NCBI GenBank assembly: GCA_052426225.1
Contig: JBNJNM010000006.1
Location: forward strand, 2,046,001-2,110,000
Source of the DNA: Zancudomyces culisetae HAW-14-8
Lineage: Eukaryota > Fungi > Kickxellomycota
DNA: 64,000 nucleotides
Reading direction: 5' to 3'
Under the pieces are notes generated by a model, which was given only the letters and a program-made list of their open reading frames with translations, searched no databases and was not told the DNA's origin. Positions within the stretch are counted from its first letter, which is position 1. Each line of letters begins with the position of its first letter. Positions 12,506 through 25,357 of the stretch are shown here, piece after piece. Position numbers and translations under genes: made by a program.

Positions 12506-15500
12506 ATGAAAAAAAGCAAAAATTTCAATAGCCTGCTAGGAATTAACCCGAACCCACTTGACACGATCCCAGCCTCGAATTCGAATTCGGATTCGGATTC
12601 GGACTCCGACTTGAACTCGGATTCAGGTTCAAATTCGAGGTCCGATTCAAATTTTGTTGCTTCCTCATCCTCTTATCAACAATACCCACAACCACCCCCA
12701 CAAGAAAACTCCAAACACGCCCTACAACAGCAACAACAACAACAACTGCAACTAGAAGAGAAAGAAGAGAAAGAAATTAACGGGGTCGGCCACGAAAAAA
12801 CGAAATTTAGCGTCGGTCTTTCGTCTAGTGAAAGTGATAGTGATAGTGAAAGCGAAAGTGATAGTGACAGTGATAATAATAATAATAATATTGATAATGA
12901 TAATGATAGTAAAAGCACAAGTGAAAATGAAAACAAAAACGAATACAATAAAAAGTATGGACATGGACACGGACACGAGAACACAAATCTGACAAACCAA
13001 AATACTTCTTCGAATCCACATCTTACAAATGCCAAATTTTCAAAAACCACTTCGTTTGGCAATCTCAACACAATGGCCGCTAATAACTCCCAGAATCTCG
13101 ACACTGCAGTAGCTTCTGACATTTCTTCATATAATGAAACTACCAAGAAATTGAACGAAAGCCTTAATGGACATTTGGATACCAATGCTGATGTTGATGC
13201 TGATACTGATCCAAATGTAGGTGTGAATATAGATCCAGTTGAGGAAACAATCGTTCATTTGAATCAAACTCAACTTGAGAACAGAAATGATAATGAAAAT
13301 GAAAATGAAAATGATAGAGGCAAAAAACTCTTTACAGTATCCTCTTCTTCATTTTCTTCAGGCTCCTCCACACCCTCCCCAAATCTCATGCCTAATTCCA
13401 ATCAAAACTCAACCCCCGTTTCTGCTTCTGGCCCTGGTTCAAAACCAAACTCAAACCCAAACCCAAACTCAAGCCCAAATCTAGATTCCGAGCTTAAATC
13501 AGATGTCCATTCCAATGCTTTGAGTAGAGAAGGAGAGGATTTACACGACTCTGGCTCAACCACCTCCAAAAATAGAAGCATTCATGGTATATCTGAACTA
13601 GATAACAAAGCTCAACAAAAGTCCAATCAATTCGATACCACCAACAACACCTTGGAGAAAAAGACTTCTCTTGAGAGGGCCAAAACTGCCGAAATTACTA
13701 ATTCTGCTCTCAATCTTAAAAATACCAGCTCCGGCACGAATCTCCTAAAGACACTCCATAAAACCAACAAAAACAGTAGTAGCAGAGCTTCCATTACCTC
13801 TATTACTACCGCTACAATTGCCACCGCTATTCCTACTACTACTACCACGACTACAGCTGTTTCGGTGTCTGCCCCATCAAATTCTATTAATGATCCTAAC
13901 ACTATTAAAAATTCCACCACAAACTCTGATAACAGTAATAACCTCGCTGGTACTAGAAAGCTGTCAAACTCAAAAACTACATCTTACTATAACACTAAAC
14001 GACTACTGCATTCGATCAGCAAAATATCTACCAACAGTACCACAAATACCACTGCAACTCGTTCGCCCCTCTCTGGTCGGTCTTCAGCGTATTCACACAC
14101 CTCGCCATCAATTGTAGCGGAAGCAGGGGCAGTTGGTGATTCTGGAAGATTACAACGTCCACACCTTGAACGAGCCACATCGAAGTTTGGAAATTTGATT
14201 CCTACTCAGCATTCTCAACACGATTCGGTGGGTAAATCCGGCAATTCTAGCAACGCTAGTTATAAAAAACCAAAAAGATTTTTACCAAGAGCTTCAACAA
14301 CAACAGATGCAAAAATACAACAGCAACTACAACAACAACAACATCATCATCATATCCAACAGGAACAACTATCACCCGTTCTACGATCTGCTAGTCTAAG
14401 CACCTCATCGAGATGGCAGCAAGATCTAGACTACCTCACAAGCAGCGTTCAGAGACAATACCAGCGTGAGAGAGAACTAGGGATGTTGGAAGCCGAGCAG
14501 GAGCACAACCTGGAAATGGCCATGAAATACACCTGCATTCGTTCGCTTCATCAGGTCGAAACTATAAGTTCTGCCCTTATGCTCAACGCTCCAGTAAAAA
14601 ACAATATTTCCAGCACGACCATGACTGCTAGCAGTCCTCATAGCGACCTCAGAGTTACTCATGACAGTGATTCCTTTGATAGTGGCAGTGGTAGTGGTGT
14701 TGGTGGTGATTCTAATGCTATACAACTTTCGACGAATAAAATATACAGAGATATAGATGATGCCTATACCTTTGTGGCTCAACGCAGCGACCCCCTTGCA
14801 TCATCGAAGCAAAGATCGAAAAAACTGTTGCAAGTTTTTAAAGACTTCTCAAATTTCTCGACAGATACCACCATCAACCATAGCAGTGAGAATAGCAACA
14901 ACAATAGCAATCTTGGGAACAGCACAAATGCTAATGGTGATATCACTAATGCAAATAACTTTACTGAGAAGCAGAATTCTTGTATTTTGCCTCCCAGTCT
15001 CGACTACTTTCTTGGTACAAACAGCTACAGTGGCTATTACCCTACGTATGGTAGCCAAAGTCATTCTTATTCTCATGGCAATCCATATGGCTATGGAGGA
15101 AGCTCTTACTCGCTTGACAAGACCAAAAAGATTCCAGTCTGGCTTCAGCCTCTTCCTCGGGAAATACACGACATTTATTATTCAACAGACCCAGGTATGT
15201 TAACTTTTGTTGTTACTTTAACAGTTTTTTATTAACGTCCATTTCCCTTTGCTGTTGCTATTGTTGTTTATATTCACCCGTTGCTTTTAAATTCGTAGAT
15301 TCACCTGTCAGAGATGATAGAATACCACACGAACCTCCTCACCTAAAGTTTTTGAATTCCAGAGCTGCAGAACTCAAGATGGCTATGCGACAAAACGCTG
15401 CTGCGTCCAAGGAAAAAATCGTTGCACCGCCCAGGCTAATAACTTCGTCTATTTCAGCTCTGGAAACATGGAAAGGAAGACGTGTTCCTGGGTTGGTTAA

Positions 15501-15555
15501 TTTGAACTGTTATATCGGCGATGCTGGTTCCACACTTTTAAATCGGCAGAATTGA
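12506..15555 (+). CDS. Ser/Asn-rich, largely disordered protein, possibly Tco89-like; exons 12506-15194 and 15299-15555
   Basis: The 909-aa ORF has a GTATGT donor at 15195 and a TAG acceptor at 15298 that join in frame to ORF 15352-15555. Functional assignment is tentative. Confidence 0.7.
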
Positions 15556-15790
15556 TTGCGTCTACCGTTGGAAAAGTGATCAACTCGGTGGGTGGATATT
15601 GCCATAATTAACTATGTATCTCCTTTAATTCTTTGGCTAGGTTGTATTTTAATATTATTTTATATATCGCATTTTCTTTGATGAAATATATAATTTCTAC
15701 ATAATTTATCTAGAATCAAGAAAAGTTCTACACAATAATGCTACTTATATAAAAAAAAAAGAGTTTTATTAATCTATAAAAATATTTGGT

Positions 15791-17158
15791 TTAGAGTCTG
15801 ATCAACTTTATACTTTCTCTTTTGTGGCCCCTTTTGTGATGTTCGTTTACACCTTCATGGATCTTATAGTTCCACATCGTCTCACACTCGCTCTCGCTAC
15901 CACTCCCACTCTCACTCCCTGTTTCACTCCCACTTTCTCTCTCTATCTCGCCATCATTTTCATTTTCTATTTCTATTTCTATCTCCGTTTCGCTACTAAT
16001 ACTTCTACTCCGATCGTTGCTCGCTCCCTTTGTAAAATACGTAACCAACCCTGTAAACATCCACGCTGTTACACTCCCTGTCCACAGCCCTGCCAGTACG
16101 CCACAGCAGATAAAAATCAACACCGGCAAATACTGCCCAATAGATCTATATATCCATGTTATGACTGCCTTCAGCATGTATTTGTATACCAGCTCGATAG
16201 GCTTCCACAAAATCACTCTACATATAGCAAAACAACTCCAAAAAATCGACATCACCAATGTAACAAGCCTAAGTGTTATTTGCGTCACAGGATTGTTGCG
16301 CACTAATATCTTATAGATTCTGGTGTACACCCTCTTCACTGCCGTTGTTTCCGTTTTATCGGGGTAGGTGATATCTGGAACATCTCTTGTTTTTGCAACT
16401 TTGTGTCTATTTGTACTTTCAATACCTGCTTTGTAATTGTTGTCTTTTGCTTTTTTTTTGCTTATTGATACATTTTCGATTAGCTGTTGTACTTTATGAT
16501 ACTCAGAATTGAATCTGTTTTTAAATCTGGCGTTTTCAGCATTGTTTTCATATTTTTGATTCTCGTCTCGCTCTCTCTCGTCTTCTACTTCTTCATATTC
16601 CTCTTCTTCTTCCCCCTCCTCCTCCTCCTCTCCTTTTACTATCTCTCTATAAATCCGTCTTTGCTGCCGGTTGGGTTGCAGCCGTCGTTGTTTTTGTTTT
16701 TGTTGTTGTTGCTTCTGCTGCTCATATATATTACCCCAGTCATCGTCTTCTTTTTCAATAACAATCGTTCTTATCCTCCTTCTTATTTTTGTCTTTGTTC
16801 TTATCTCTACTTTTGTTGTCGTTTCTACTTTGGTTCCAGGAAGCGTGATAAAAATCGTCTTTGTATATCCAGCCGCAACTAACTGTTGGTTTTGATCGCG
16901 TTCTTGTGTTTTTACTTGCATCACATCTTTGCTTTTTTCCTTTCTAATTGTCTCTACCAAGCAACCATTTTCACCAGCCCCGCCGCTAAACATTTGGCAT
17001 CTATTTTCGACCCCGTCTAGCACCCCTTGCATAGCGTTGCCAAATCTAGCTTTTTTATCTATATCACATTCATTCTTGGTATCACAGTATACTTGCACAA
17101 TACTCAATATCGCTGCTAGTACCGTTAGTAGTAGTAGCCTCTTTGCAATTATATCCAT
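15791..17158 (-). CDS. Hypothetical membrane protein (signal peptide, charged middle, C-terminal hydrophobic helices)
   Basis: 455-aa ATG ORF with N-terminal LLLLTVLAAILSIVQVYC, poly-Q/E tracts, and hydrophobic segments LVTLVMSIFWSCF and VLIFICCGVLAGLWTG. Confidence 0.75.
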   Translation of the reverse strand: MDIIAKRLLLLTVLAAILSIVQVYCDTKNECDIDKKARFGNAMQGVLDGVENRCQMFSGGAGENGCLVETIRKEKSKDVMQVKTQERDQNQQLVAAGYTKTIFITLPGTKVETTTKVEIRTKTKIRRRIRTIVIEKEDDDWGNIYEQQKQQQQKQKQRRLQPNRQQRRIYREIVKGEEEEEGEEEEEYEEVEDERERDENQKYENNAENARFKNRFNSEYHKVQQLIENVSISKKKAKDNNYKAGIESTNRHKVAKTRDVPDITYPDKTETTAVKRVYTRIYKILVRNNPVTQITLRLVTLVMSIFWSCFAICRVILWKPIELVYKYMLKAVITWIYRSIGQYLPVLIFICCGVLAGLWTGSVTAWMFTGLVTYFTKGASNDRSRSISSETEIEIEIENENDGEIERESGSETGSESGSGSESECETMWNYKIHEGVNEHHKRGHKRESIKLIRL

Positions 17159-19135
17159 CTAGTTGTCTTTTTCCCTTTTACATTTATGTTCATTTAGTTT
17201 TACATTTACACGCACATCCTTCAGTACTTGACTCTGGTGCTGAGATTGAGAGAAACCTTAGGGTTATTTATAGAATTAAACACAATAGCCAAATCAACTA
17301 TTATCTTGTGTATAAGGATTATTCCCGAGGTTTTATTTTTTATTTCCAACTATGGGAAACCAACCTGATTCTCTTAATCAACTGCCATTTTCCAGTTATT
17401 TGTAAGTGAATTAAAAAATAGTGGTAAGAAAAAAACCGGTAATCAAATTACCTAGGCTTCAACCTATTATTATTCATTTGTGATGGTTTTTGTGACTAAA
17501 TCAAATCTATCAATAGGAAAGCTTGGCATTAAATGTCCTCATTTTTTTCTAGCTTATAATACCAGCGCTAAATCAACAAATATACGTTTTCTCCTGCTTT
17601 CATTTATATTCAGCATGGACCATCAATTTGTTTAGATCTTGTCAATATAATATATCTTGAATAAATTAAAACCACCAGCATTGAAGCAAAATCACACTGT
17701 CCATTAGCTAGTCTGATGAATGTGGAGATGTTGACTCAATAAATATTATGATAATATAGTCCTTTTAAGCTTTGACATTTCATTATCATTGATACATTTG
17801 CTTTGCTTGGGTATAAGTATTTATACTTTTATCAAAATGGAATGCATCTCACTTATATAAATTTAGTCACCGTTTTTAGACTCAAGCTCGTTTGACCCTG
17901 ACTATATCATTTACACCCTTCTGTGCCCCTTACTTTGGCCATCTTGATTATTTGAATTAAAACAATGTTTTTCGGGTGTCCTTGCTAAACTAAACAGCCC
18001 ACCCTCTCCCCCAGAATTCATGAAAAAATAAAGCATATCTGTGTTTGAATCACGATTTTAGTAAAAATTTTCTGTTGGCTTTCCACGCCCGTTGTCCCGC
18101 AAAAGCTTGTGGCTAGTAATATTAGTATCACTAAGTAGCTAAATTCGAATACTCGTGTCATTACCGTTTTTATTCCAGTGCCATGAGTATATACACAACA
18201 TCTCCCATTTCATACAAATTGGAATCAATACATTATATCACTAGATAAAAATGCTCCATGAATGGTCCATTCATATTTGGAATTTAGTATCATTTCTGAA
18301 TCATACCAATCATTTAATACCTAACACCTGATTATCTTATTCGAGTGGAGAGGAAAGGAGGGCGAGGGGGGGTGTTATGGTAATGAGCACATTTTGGTTT
18401 AAACAATGAACTTACTTTGTCGAAACAAGTTAACTAGCGTGGAGTAATCCACAATAGCAGATAAACCATATAATGGAAACACAAATTATAAGTAACAAAA
18501 AAATGCCGATTTTTGATGGTATTTGCTAGTGCTGATATATTGAATTTAGTAAATAGAATTTTGACTTGCATCAGACACGGAATGCATGCACCTTCTCACC
18601 CTCTCCCTTATTATTTGGTATTGCGTTTATATTTTGTTGCAATATCACTTTAAACTCCGCCTTCTCCTCAAGTAAATATGCAAGTAGTACCGTTTGTGTT
18701 GTTATTTCCATTATATTGTGTAAAATAAAATTCTTTGTATCCCCCCCCCCAAAAACGTTTTTCTATTATTTATCCTCTATTTTCCGTTAACTGCCAACTA
18801 ATATCTACATTCAACAAAAAACAAAAGTCATATATGCATTTTTTCAATACATTGGCAGCACAATCATCAAACAAAAGTAGAAACGATACCCTGTAACCTA
18901 CAAGTAGCATTTTATAGTCATTGTACCATTAGACAAGGTTCAGCCTCGGGTTAAAACATTTCTTCGTTTTAGGTATAAAACCAACAATAACTTATTTCAA
19001 CACAAAAACTGTAAAGAAAGCAAATCTTTGGACATAAATACTAAAGGATTTTTACTATCGAAATACCAAAAGCGTCAACAATTGTAGTTATTCCTTAATT
19101 GCTAAAAAGTAGGTAGAATTAAAAATAAAAATAAA

Positions 19136-19642
19136 ATGTTAAAAGTCACGAGTATCCTTTTCGCCTTGGTATTATATACCGCTGTTCTATTTAAGGTCAG
19201 AGCCGACTGCGATGCCGAGCTGCAGTTTCAGGATTGCTTGCAGCACAACAGTTTGAAAAAATCAACCGAATGCTCCTCAGCACTAGATTATGACTGTATT
19301 TGTCTCTGGTCAAACGAGCTGGCCAGCTGCTACAACCAGTGTGTCGATGATCCAGACAAGGCTGACGAAAGAAAAGCTGCCTTTGAAGCCGCAAAGAACG
19401 ACTGTGCAAATGCACTTAAATACAAGAAGACCTCTAGCACTACCTCTAGCAGCAGCACCTCAAGTGCATCAGAAACCAACACATACTCAAAACTCGCCAG
19501 AGAAACTGAAAACGCCAGCTCCCGCGATGGTAAAGCAGCCAACAAGGCTGGATACCCAGTTGAAAATAGCGCAGGTATCAACAAGGGCAGTTTGTTTGCT
19601 GGATCCGTTGTAGCATATTTGTTGATTCAGACCCTCTTTTAA
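19136..19642 (+). CDS. Small secreted 8-Cys protein, probable GPI-anchored Ser/Thr-rich surface protein
   Basis: Signal peptide, 8 Cys (DYDCIC.W..L..CYNQC), Ser/Thr stalk, NSA omega-like site and hydrophobic C-terminus. Confidence 0.85.
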   Translation: MLKVTSILFALVLYTAVLFKVRADCDAELQFQDCLQHNSLKKSTECSSALDYDCICLWSNELASCYNQCVDDPDKADERKAAFEAAKNDCANALKYKKTSSTTSSSSTSSASETNTYSKLARETENASSRDGKAANKAGYPVENSAGINKGSLFAGSVVAYLLIQTLF

Positions 19643-21291
19643 GCTTGATACGTGATGACACTAAACCTATCACAAAAGTATGGTATTTGATAATATAAGT
19701 TATTTTAATAGTCCTTTTACGCCTTTCCAACGCAACACATTCCCTTTTGCTTTTTTTTCATTGTGCTACATTATTTACTTGGTTAAAACTTTATTATTAG
19801 CATCAATAAAAAAAAATCTTGCAAAGAAACACCACAAGATACTCAAATTTTTTTAGAAAGTTGGTATGCCATAATACAGAGATATGAATGTGTGTTTTTA
19901 ATGACCACAGTGTGCAGACACTAATGACTTGAATATGAATAATTCAAAGCTGTACCAATTGCTTTAAAGTATGATGTATATCTTGATCGAAATTCCAGGG
20001 ATAATCTATGTTACTAACCTGCCAATAGCTGTCTCTAACAAGATAATTGTGCTGGTTCTGAGCAAAAAATAAAAGTATTAAGGTGGGACTAACCCGAAGT
20101 GTAACCATGCCACTATACCTGTTTCAATTCACTATAAAAAAGCTTGTCGATTGTAAAACATACCAGCAAAAAAAAATGCCAGCACAAAAACGAAGAAAAC
20201 ACAGCTCAACTACTTTAGATGGTACTTTGTATATTACACACTCGTTTTCCTGAGTACGCCATAGTAAAGTCAAAATCACACATTCAACGAGCTTCGTTTT
20301 CATAAAATGTTTATGAACAATGAACAATGAACAACTAACCGCCTGATATATGTACTCGTTGTAACTGCAATGATAAAAAATTAAAATTTATCGCATTTTT
20401 TGAGTAAATTCATTTAACAATGGGTTACAGCTATTTGTCTGATTGTTTAGAATTTAATATTTACATGAACTACTTAGTAATGAAATATAGACAATATATT
20501 ACCCATTGATGAAAATAACGCACAATGAAATTCAAACCCACGAAAATTCAAAAAAGCAATTGCATTTTTAATGGAAATTTGAACATAACAATCACCATGT
20601 TGGGAACTTAATAACAAAGTTGTCTTGCTCTGAACCTGCTAAATGGAGCACTTGGTAGTAGAAATTTAAGCATGCAAATCAAAATCTATTATCAAAGACA
20701 ATTTCCTTGTTTTTTTCGCAATTCGTTTTCATAATGAAAACCGCTTGGTAGTTCAAGTGTGAATTGCTTAGGCTGGCACTGATTATATGTGCAACTGGTG
20801 AGGCTCTGGTTGTGTCTGGGTGAACGAGGATATACTTTGACTTTAAATGCCTTGGCCCAATAGTTTATTGAATGTTTCAGAAAAATACTAAAGGGATGGA
20901 ATTTACTAGCCAAGAGTAATTGCTCGAAATATAAGCACTCCACAATCAAGACATGTTTCCGATTTGGCTTGTAGAATAGTAATTAATATCGGAACATTTC
21001 ATACGATTGAATAAAAAAAGGGAGAATATATAGAAATACCTTTTGGATAAATACATTTTAAACTCAATACATCAGTAATAAGCCAAAATCCACAAGAAAA
21101 CAAAACCATTGCATATTAAATAAATACTGTTTGTAGTCGTCTGAGATACACATACCCAAGTATTTTAGAACACGGAACATACGAATAAGTACTTTAACAA
21201 CCAGAAAAAAACGGAAATCCAAAAAGCGGAAAAGCAGAAAGGCAGAAAAGCAAAATATCAAAAGAAAAAACACAAGCAGACAAAAAATAAG

Positions 21292-21918
21292 ATGGTCAAG
21301 TGTATAACATTCGCAGTAACCTTGGTGTGCTTGCTCGTGTCATTAGACATGTGCAGAGCTGCATGTGCGGCAGAAACAGTCTTTATAGAGTGTATCAACA
21401 GACAACAACTGATGATGAGTACTAGATGCAAATACGATGATTATTCATGTCAGTGCTACTGGTATAGCCAACTTGGTGCATGTTACAATTTCTGCCCCGA
21501 AGATCAGGCTAGAGTATCACAATTTAAGGATACCGAATTAAAACGACTACTGGCCTGCAAGAAATCGCTCGACGGTACACAAAATGGTGCAAATGCTGCA
21601 CAAGGATCGGGCGGAAATTCAGCCATGCAAGTGGTAACACCAAGCATATATAATTCTGGAGCAAGAATCGGTGATGGTAGCAGTCAAAGCAACGTTGTTG
21701 TCACAGCCAGCAACTATGTAGTAAAACTATATAACAACATTGATGATTATCAGACTGCAGTGGCAGCAGATACACCTTCAGGTACTACAAACACATTAGC
21801 AGGAAAAAACATCGGAAGTGGAAATAACATTGGCTCCCATGGAAATGTCATCTCCCCAAAGTTGTGGGGAGTGACTATTGCATCTCTAATCTTAATGTCT
21901 GTAGCCAATTTGGTGTAG
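21292..21918 (+). CDS. Small secreted 8-Cys protein, paralog of 19136-19642, probable GPI anchor
   Basis: Same Cys spacing (CAAE..F.EC, DYSCQCYW..L..CYNFC), signal peptide and hydrophobic tail. Confidence 0.85.
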   Translation: MVKCITFAVTLVCLLVSLDMCRAACAAETVFIECINRQQLMMSTRCKYDDYSCQCYWYSQLGACYNFCPEDQARVSQFKDTELKRLLACKKSLDGTQNGANAAQGSGGNSAMQVVTPSIYNSGARIGDGSSQSNVVVTASNYVVKLYNNIDDYQTAVAADTPSGTTNTLAGKNIGSGNNIGSHGNVISPKLWGVTIASLILMSVANLV

Positions 21919-22417
21919 CCAAAATAATAAATAGACGGTGAGTCTGGGTAAACATGTAATGGTAGAGGGAAGGAAGATGTAAGAAGATGTCAAAGTAGTG
22001 CCGGGGAGTGAAAAGAAAAGAAATGGCGATTCAATTTTTGTTGGGGGGTAGGTATAGAATAACAGATAAAATATGAACCTGACTTCAATTTCTGACGGGA
22101 AAGCGCATTAGTTAAAACGTTCTATTTATTTAAAGAGTTGTATTAATGTAATTATTGATAATTTGTACGAATGTGTTTACTTGCCAAGTATTAATACCAC
22201 AAAAATAAAATAATATATATGGCCAAGCTATCGGGTTGGTTGGTATATACGAAATACAAAACTTTTAACACTGAGGTGTTTGCGCGCTTTACCCAAGCGA
22301 ATTATCTATGTTCATTATTGAGTCAATTACGCAAGTGCACAAATAGTAAGAGAAATAATATCCAAAATAGCACGCGCGGAAATAGGTGCAGGGGAGATAA
22401 AATATAACCAGTAAACT

Positions 22418-24618
22418 CTAATTGGTTTTATTAAACAAAGGCAATGGTAAATTGATCTGGGGTTGTGCCCTGTAAAAAGGCAGATATTTGCGTGGAACTC
22501 TTAACACGCTGTTTACATACTTTCGTATCTTTGTATATGTTGTACGGTCCAGTTTTGAAGCTAGTAATAGTACAACTATTACTGAAGCGCCAAAAACAAG
22601 AATATAATACGGCGAAATGTGGATGTTGAATGGATATGATCTGGTTGATGAAGTGGACTTGGCAATCAATGTGTGTTCCCCGGGATACACAGCGCCAGCG
22701 GTTTGGAGCGTGGTGTTTTGAAGAGAGGAGGTAATTGATGAAGGGAGTACTAATTTTGGCTTAGATCCTCTAGATAGAGATCTGGGAGATGGGGGGATAG
22801 ACTCCAGCAATTTCATGAGCATGACACCTATAGTCCACGAGACCTCCTTCATTCCAATGTCGTTTGCGACATACAAAGTTGCGTGTTTAAGCGGGTCGTG
22901 AGTTAGCGAAGTCATCATATCATCGGTTGAGAAATCGCCAGGCTGCATCCCGTAACCTTTACTCAATATGGAAATTAGCCAAGCGGCTTTAAAACACTGG
23001 GTACGTAATTTGTCTTCAGTGACTATTGGAGGGTTCAAATATTTTTCCTTTTGCATTTCCCAAGACAAAGCGCAAAACTCTTTGGCTTTTTCGACAAATA
23101 AACGCATATCCCACTGCTCGCCCAGTTTTAAGATGTCGTTCGACGCGTACCAGTAGTCACTTATTCCAAAAAATTGCATATCCCTAAAATTTGAAATAGG
23201 AAAGTAAAGTCCGTCAAATATACAGAAATTCGATTTGCATTCAGAATCCCTGTTGATGATCTCAGTGGAAAGTTTCACGCATTTTTCCAAGCTACCACCT
23301 CCATTGAATTTTGCTGGGTCTTTCTCATCGTTTACAGAAAACCCTACAGGTAAGCATGGATCCTCTACAAGCCCCACATCCTTACTCGTCATCTTGGCGC
23401 GCTCGAGTAATCTGAGTGTATGTTTACGATACGCTTCATTTGAACCATAGCCTAAAAACGTCGTACCAAAGAGCGGATATGTAAAATCATTTCCATTCAA
23501 CTGTCTAAAAGTAAGCCAGGACATATGTGCCAAGCCGTGGTCAGATACGTTGGTGTTCGGTCGAAATACTATCTGTGTCGAAGCCCCACCCATGTCAAGC
23601 ACACCAAATGTCTTGTTGTCCATATCAAATTTGTATTCGTCTCCAGAATCCGAGTCTTGTTCATTGTATTTCTCTGGGTTTTCTTGCTTTTCTTGAATCT
23701 TACTGATTTCGCTTTGAGGTTTCTCAGCCTTCAAGGAAGAGGCTAAGGCTCCCTTCAAATAGTTTACTGTGACCCATGCATATACTCCTTCTTCTTCCCC
23801 AGATATGACTCTAAAATGCTGTTGGCAATCCGCAATATAAAACTTGGATTTTTCTTTAAAATATTTACAGGCTTTCTTCATAAGCACACCTTGTGATTTT
23901 TGCTCCAATAACCGGACGCCTGCTGTTGCAAATAAAAACAACGGAGTCTGTCGGTGTTTACCTTTTGGTATTACATTACTTGCAAACTCCAGCATAGGCC
24001 CTAGATGTTCTTCTAAGTTCGTATCTGCTGATGCAAATGTGCTAATTCCCGGCGATATTTTATACGAACCCGAATTGTTGATGCCATCAACACCAAATCT
24101 CAGTTCTGGAAATCTATCAAGTTTATCCCCGGGTTTGCTTTTTTTGATGACCTGTGGGATGTCTTCCCATGAAAAAACCATCAATCTCGACTGCGAACTT
24201 CCTGAATCAATAACTATTCCATATCGAGTGTTTGTAGCTATCTCGGATTCTATCTTCGCTTCGGCTTCTCCGTTTCCATCATATTCTTCCGGTATTTTCC
24301 ACCATTCTTTCGAGTTAAATTCAACATCGCTGCCCACTTTATTGAAATACCTATAATAAATTAAGGTGTATATCACAAATATTGTAAAGAATGAGATTGC
24401 TGAGAGTAATGCCCTCCGTAAGAATCGCCTGCTCCTGAATCTACGGGCTCTGGCTATGTTTGCATAGGTATATTTACAGCAAAGTGTGAATTGGATATTT
24501 AAATATACAAAATATTTACAAAAAATTGTTTTAATAATGGATGGTTACCGCCTAATTGATATACATTTCGATCCTGCTTTCGATTGTAGTAAAATATTGG
24601 AAGTATTTTTGCATTCAT
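22418..24618 (-). CDS. GDA1/CD39-family apyrase (Ynd1/ENTPD4-like); exons 24618-24549 and 24453-22418
   Basis: Apyrase conserved regions IDSGSS, ATAGVR, GEEEGVYAW, LDMGGASTQ and SWTIG. Upstream exon MNAKILP..LG joins in frame through a GTAACC..TAG intron. TM segments at both ends. Confidence 0.9.
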
Positions 24619-25357
24619 CTCTTATTATAAAAGTTAATCGCTAGGTCCTGAGAAAATAACAACCTTGTATCGTGGAATAGTATAATAGAATATCTGTCCC
24701 AAAAAATATATATACTGTGGATTTAACAGGCAAAGTGAACCATGGTCAGTGATATTTTCAATCTCTCAAAGCCCAGTTTATCGTATAGCAAATACTGTTG
24801 CTCAATTATTTAGGTAGTCTATACATGGAAAATTTCCTTCTCTTTATGGATCTAAATTGAGGTACAAGTAGGTTCAGCACCTGTTAGCTTCTTGAAAGAT
24901 GTTTTTCGTTGCTATAATTAAGCTGGAAAATCAACTTTTAGAGCACCCAAAGTATTGACAAAAATATATTTGGCAAGCCATCTTTAATTGCCTTTTGTAA
25001 GTGCACACGTTATTAGGCCAATTGGAATTTACCTAAATTTCATTCGATGGGTAACCGAACAATTAGGCACTTTTTCCTACTGTATCAAATAAGCCAGAAA
25101 AGATGGCCAATTGATGAGAACCTGCTTATGGGTTATGTGTTGTAAACAATTGGAGTGGGTAGCCCATGATTTCCTATTGAATAGGTCTTGACCATTGTGT
25201 ACCTAGCCTAAATCTAAACAATTTATTTATGCAAAAGCAATGTGTAAAGCCCAGGTCAAGGGAAATGAATGGGACTAACAATACGCAAAAAGCACGAACA
25301 TGAAAAGAGAGGGAAAAAAAAAAGAAAACAAAGAGAAAATAGTAACACACAGGTTGG

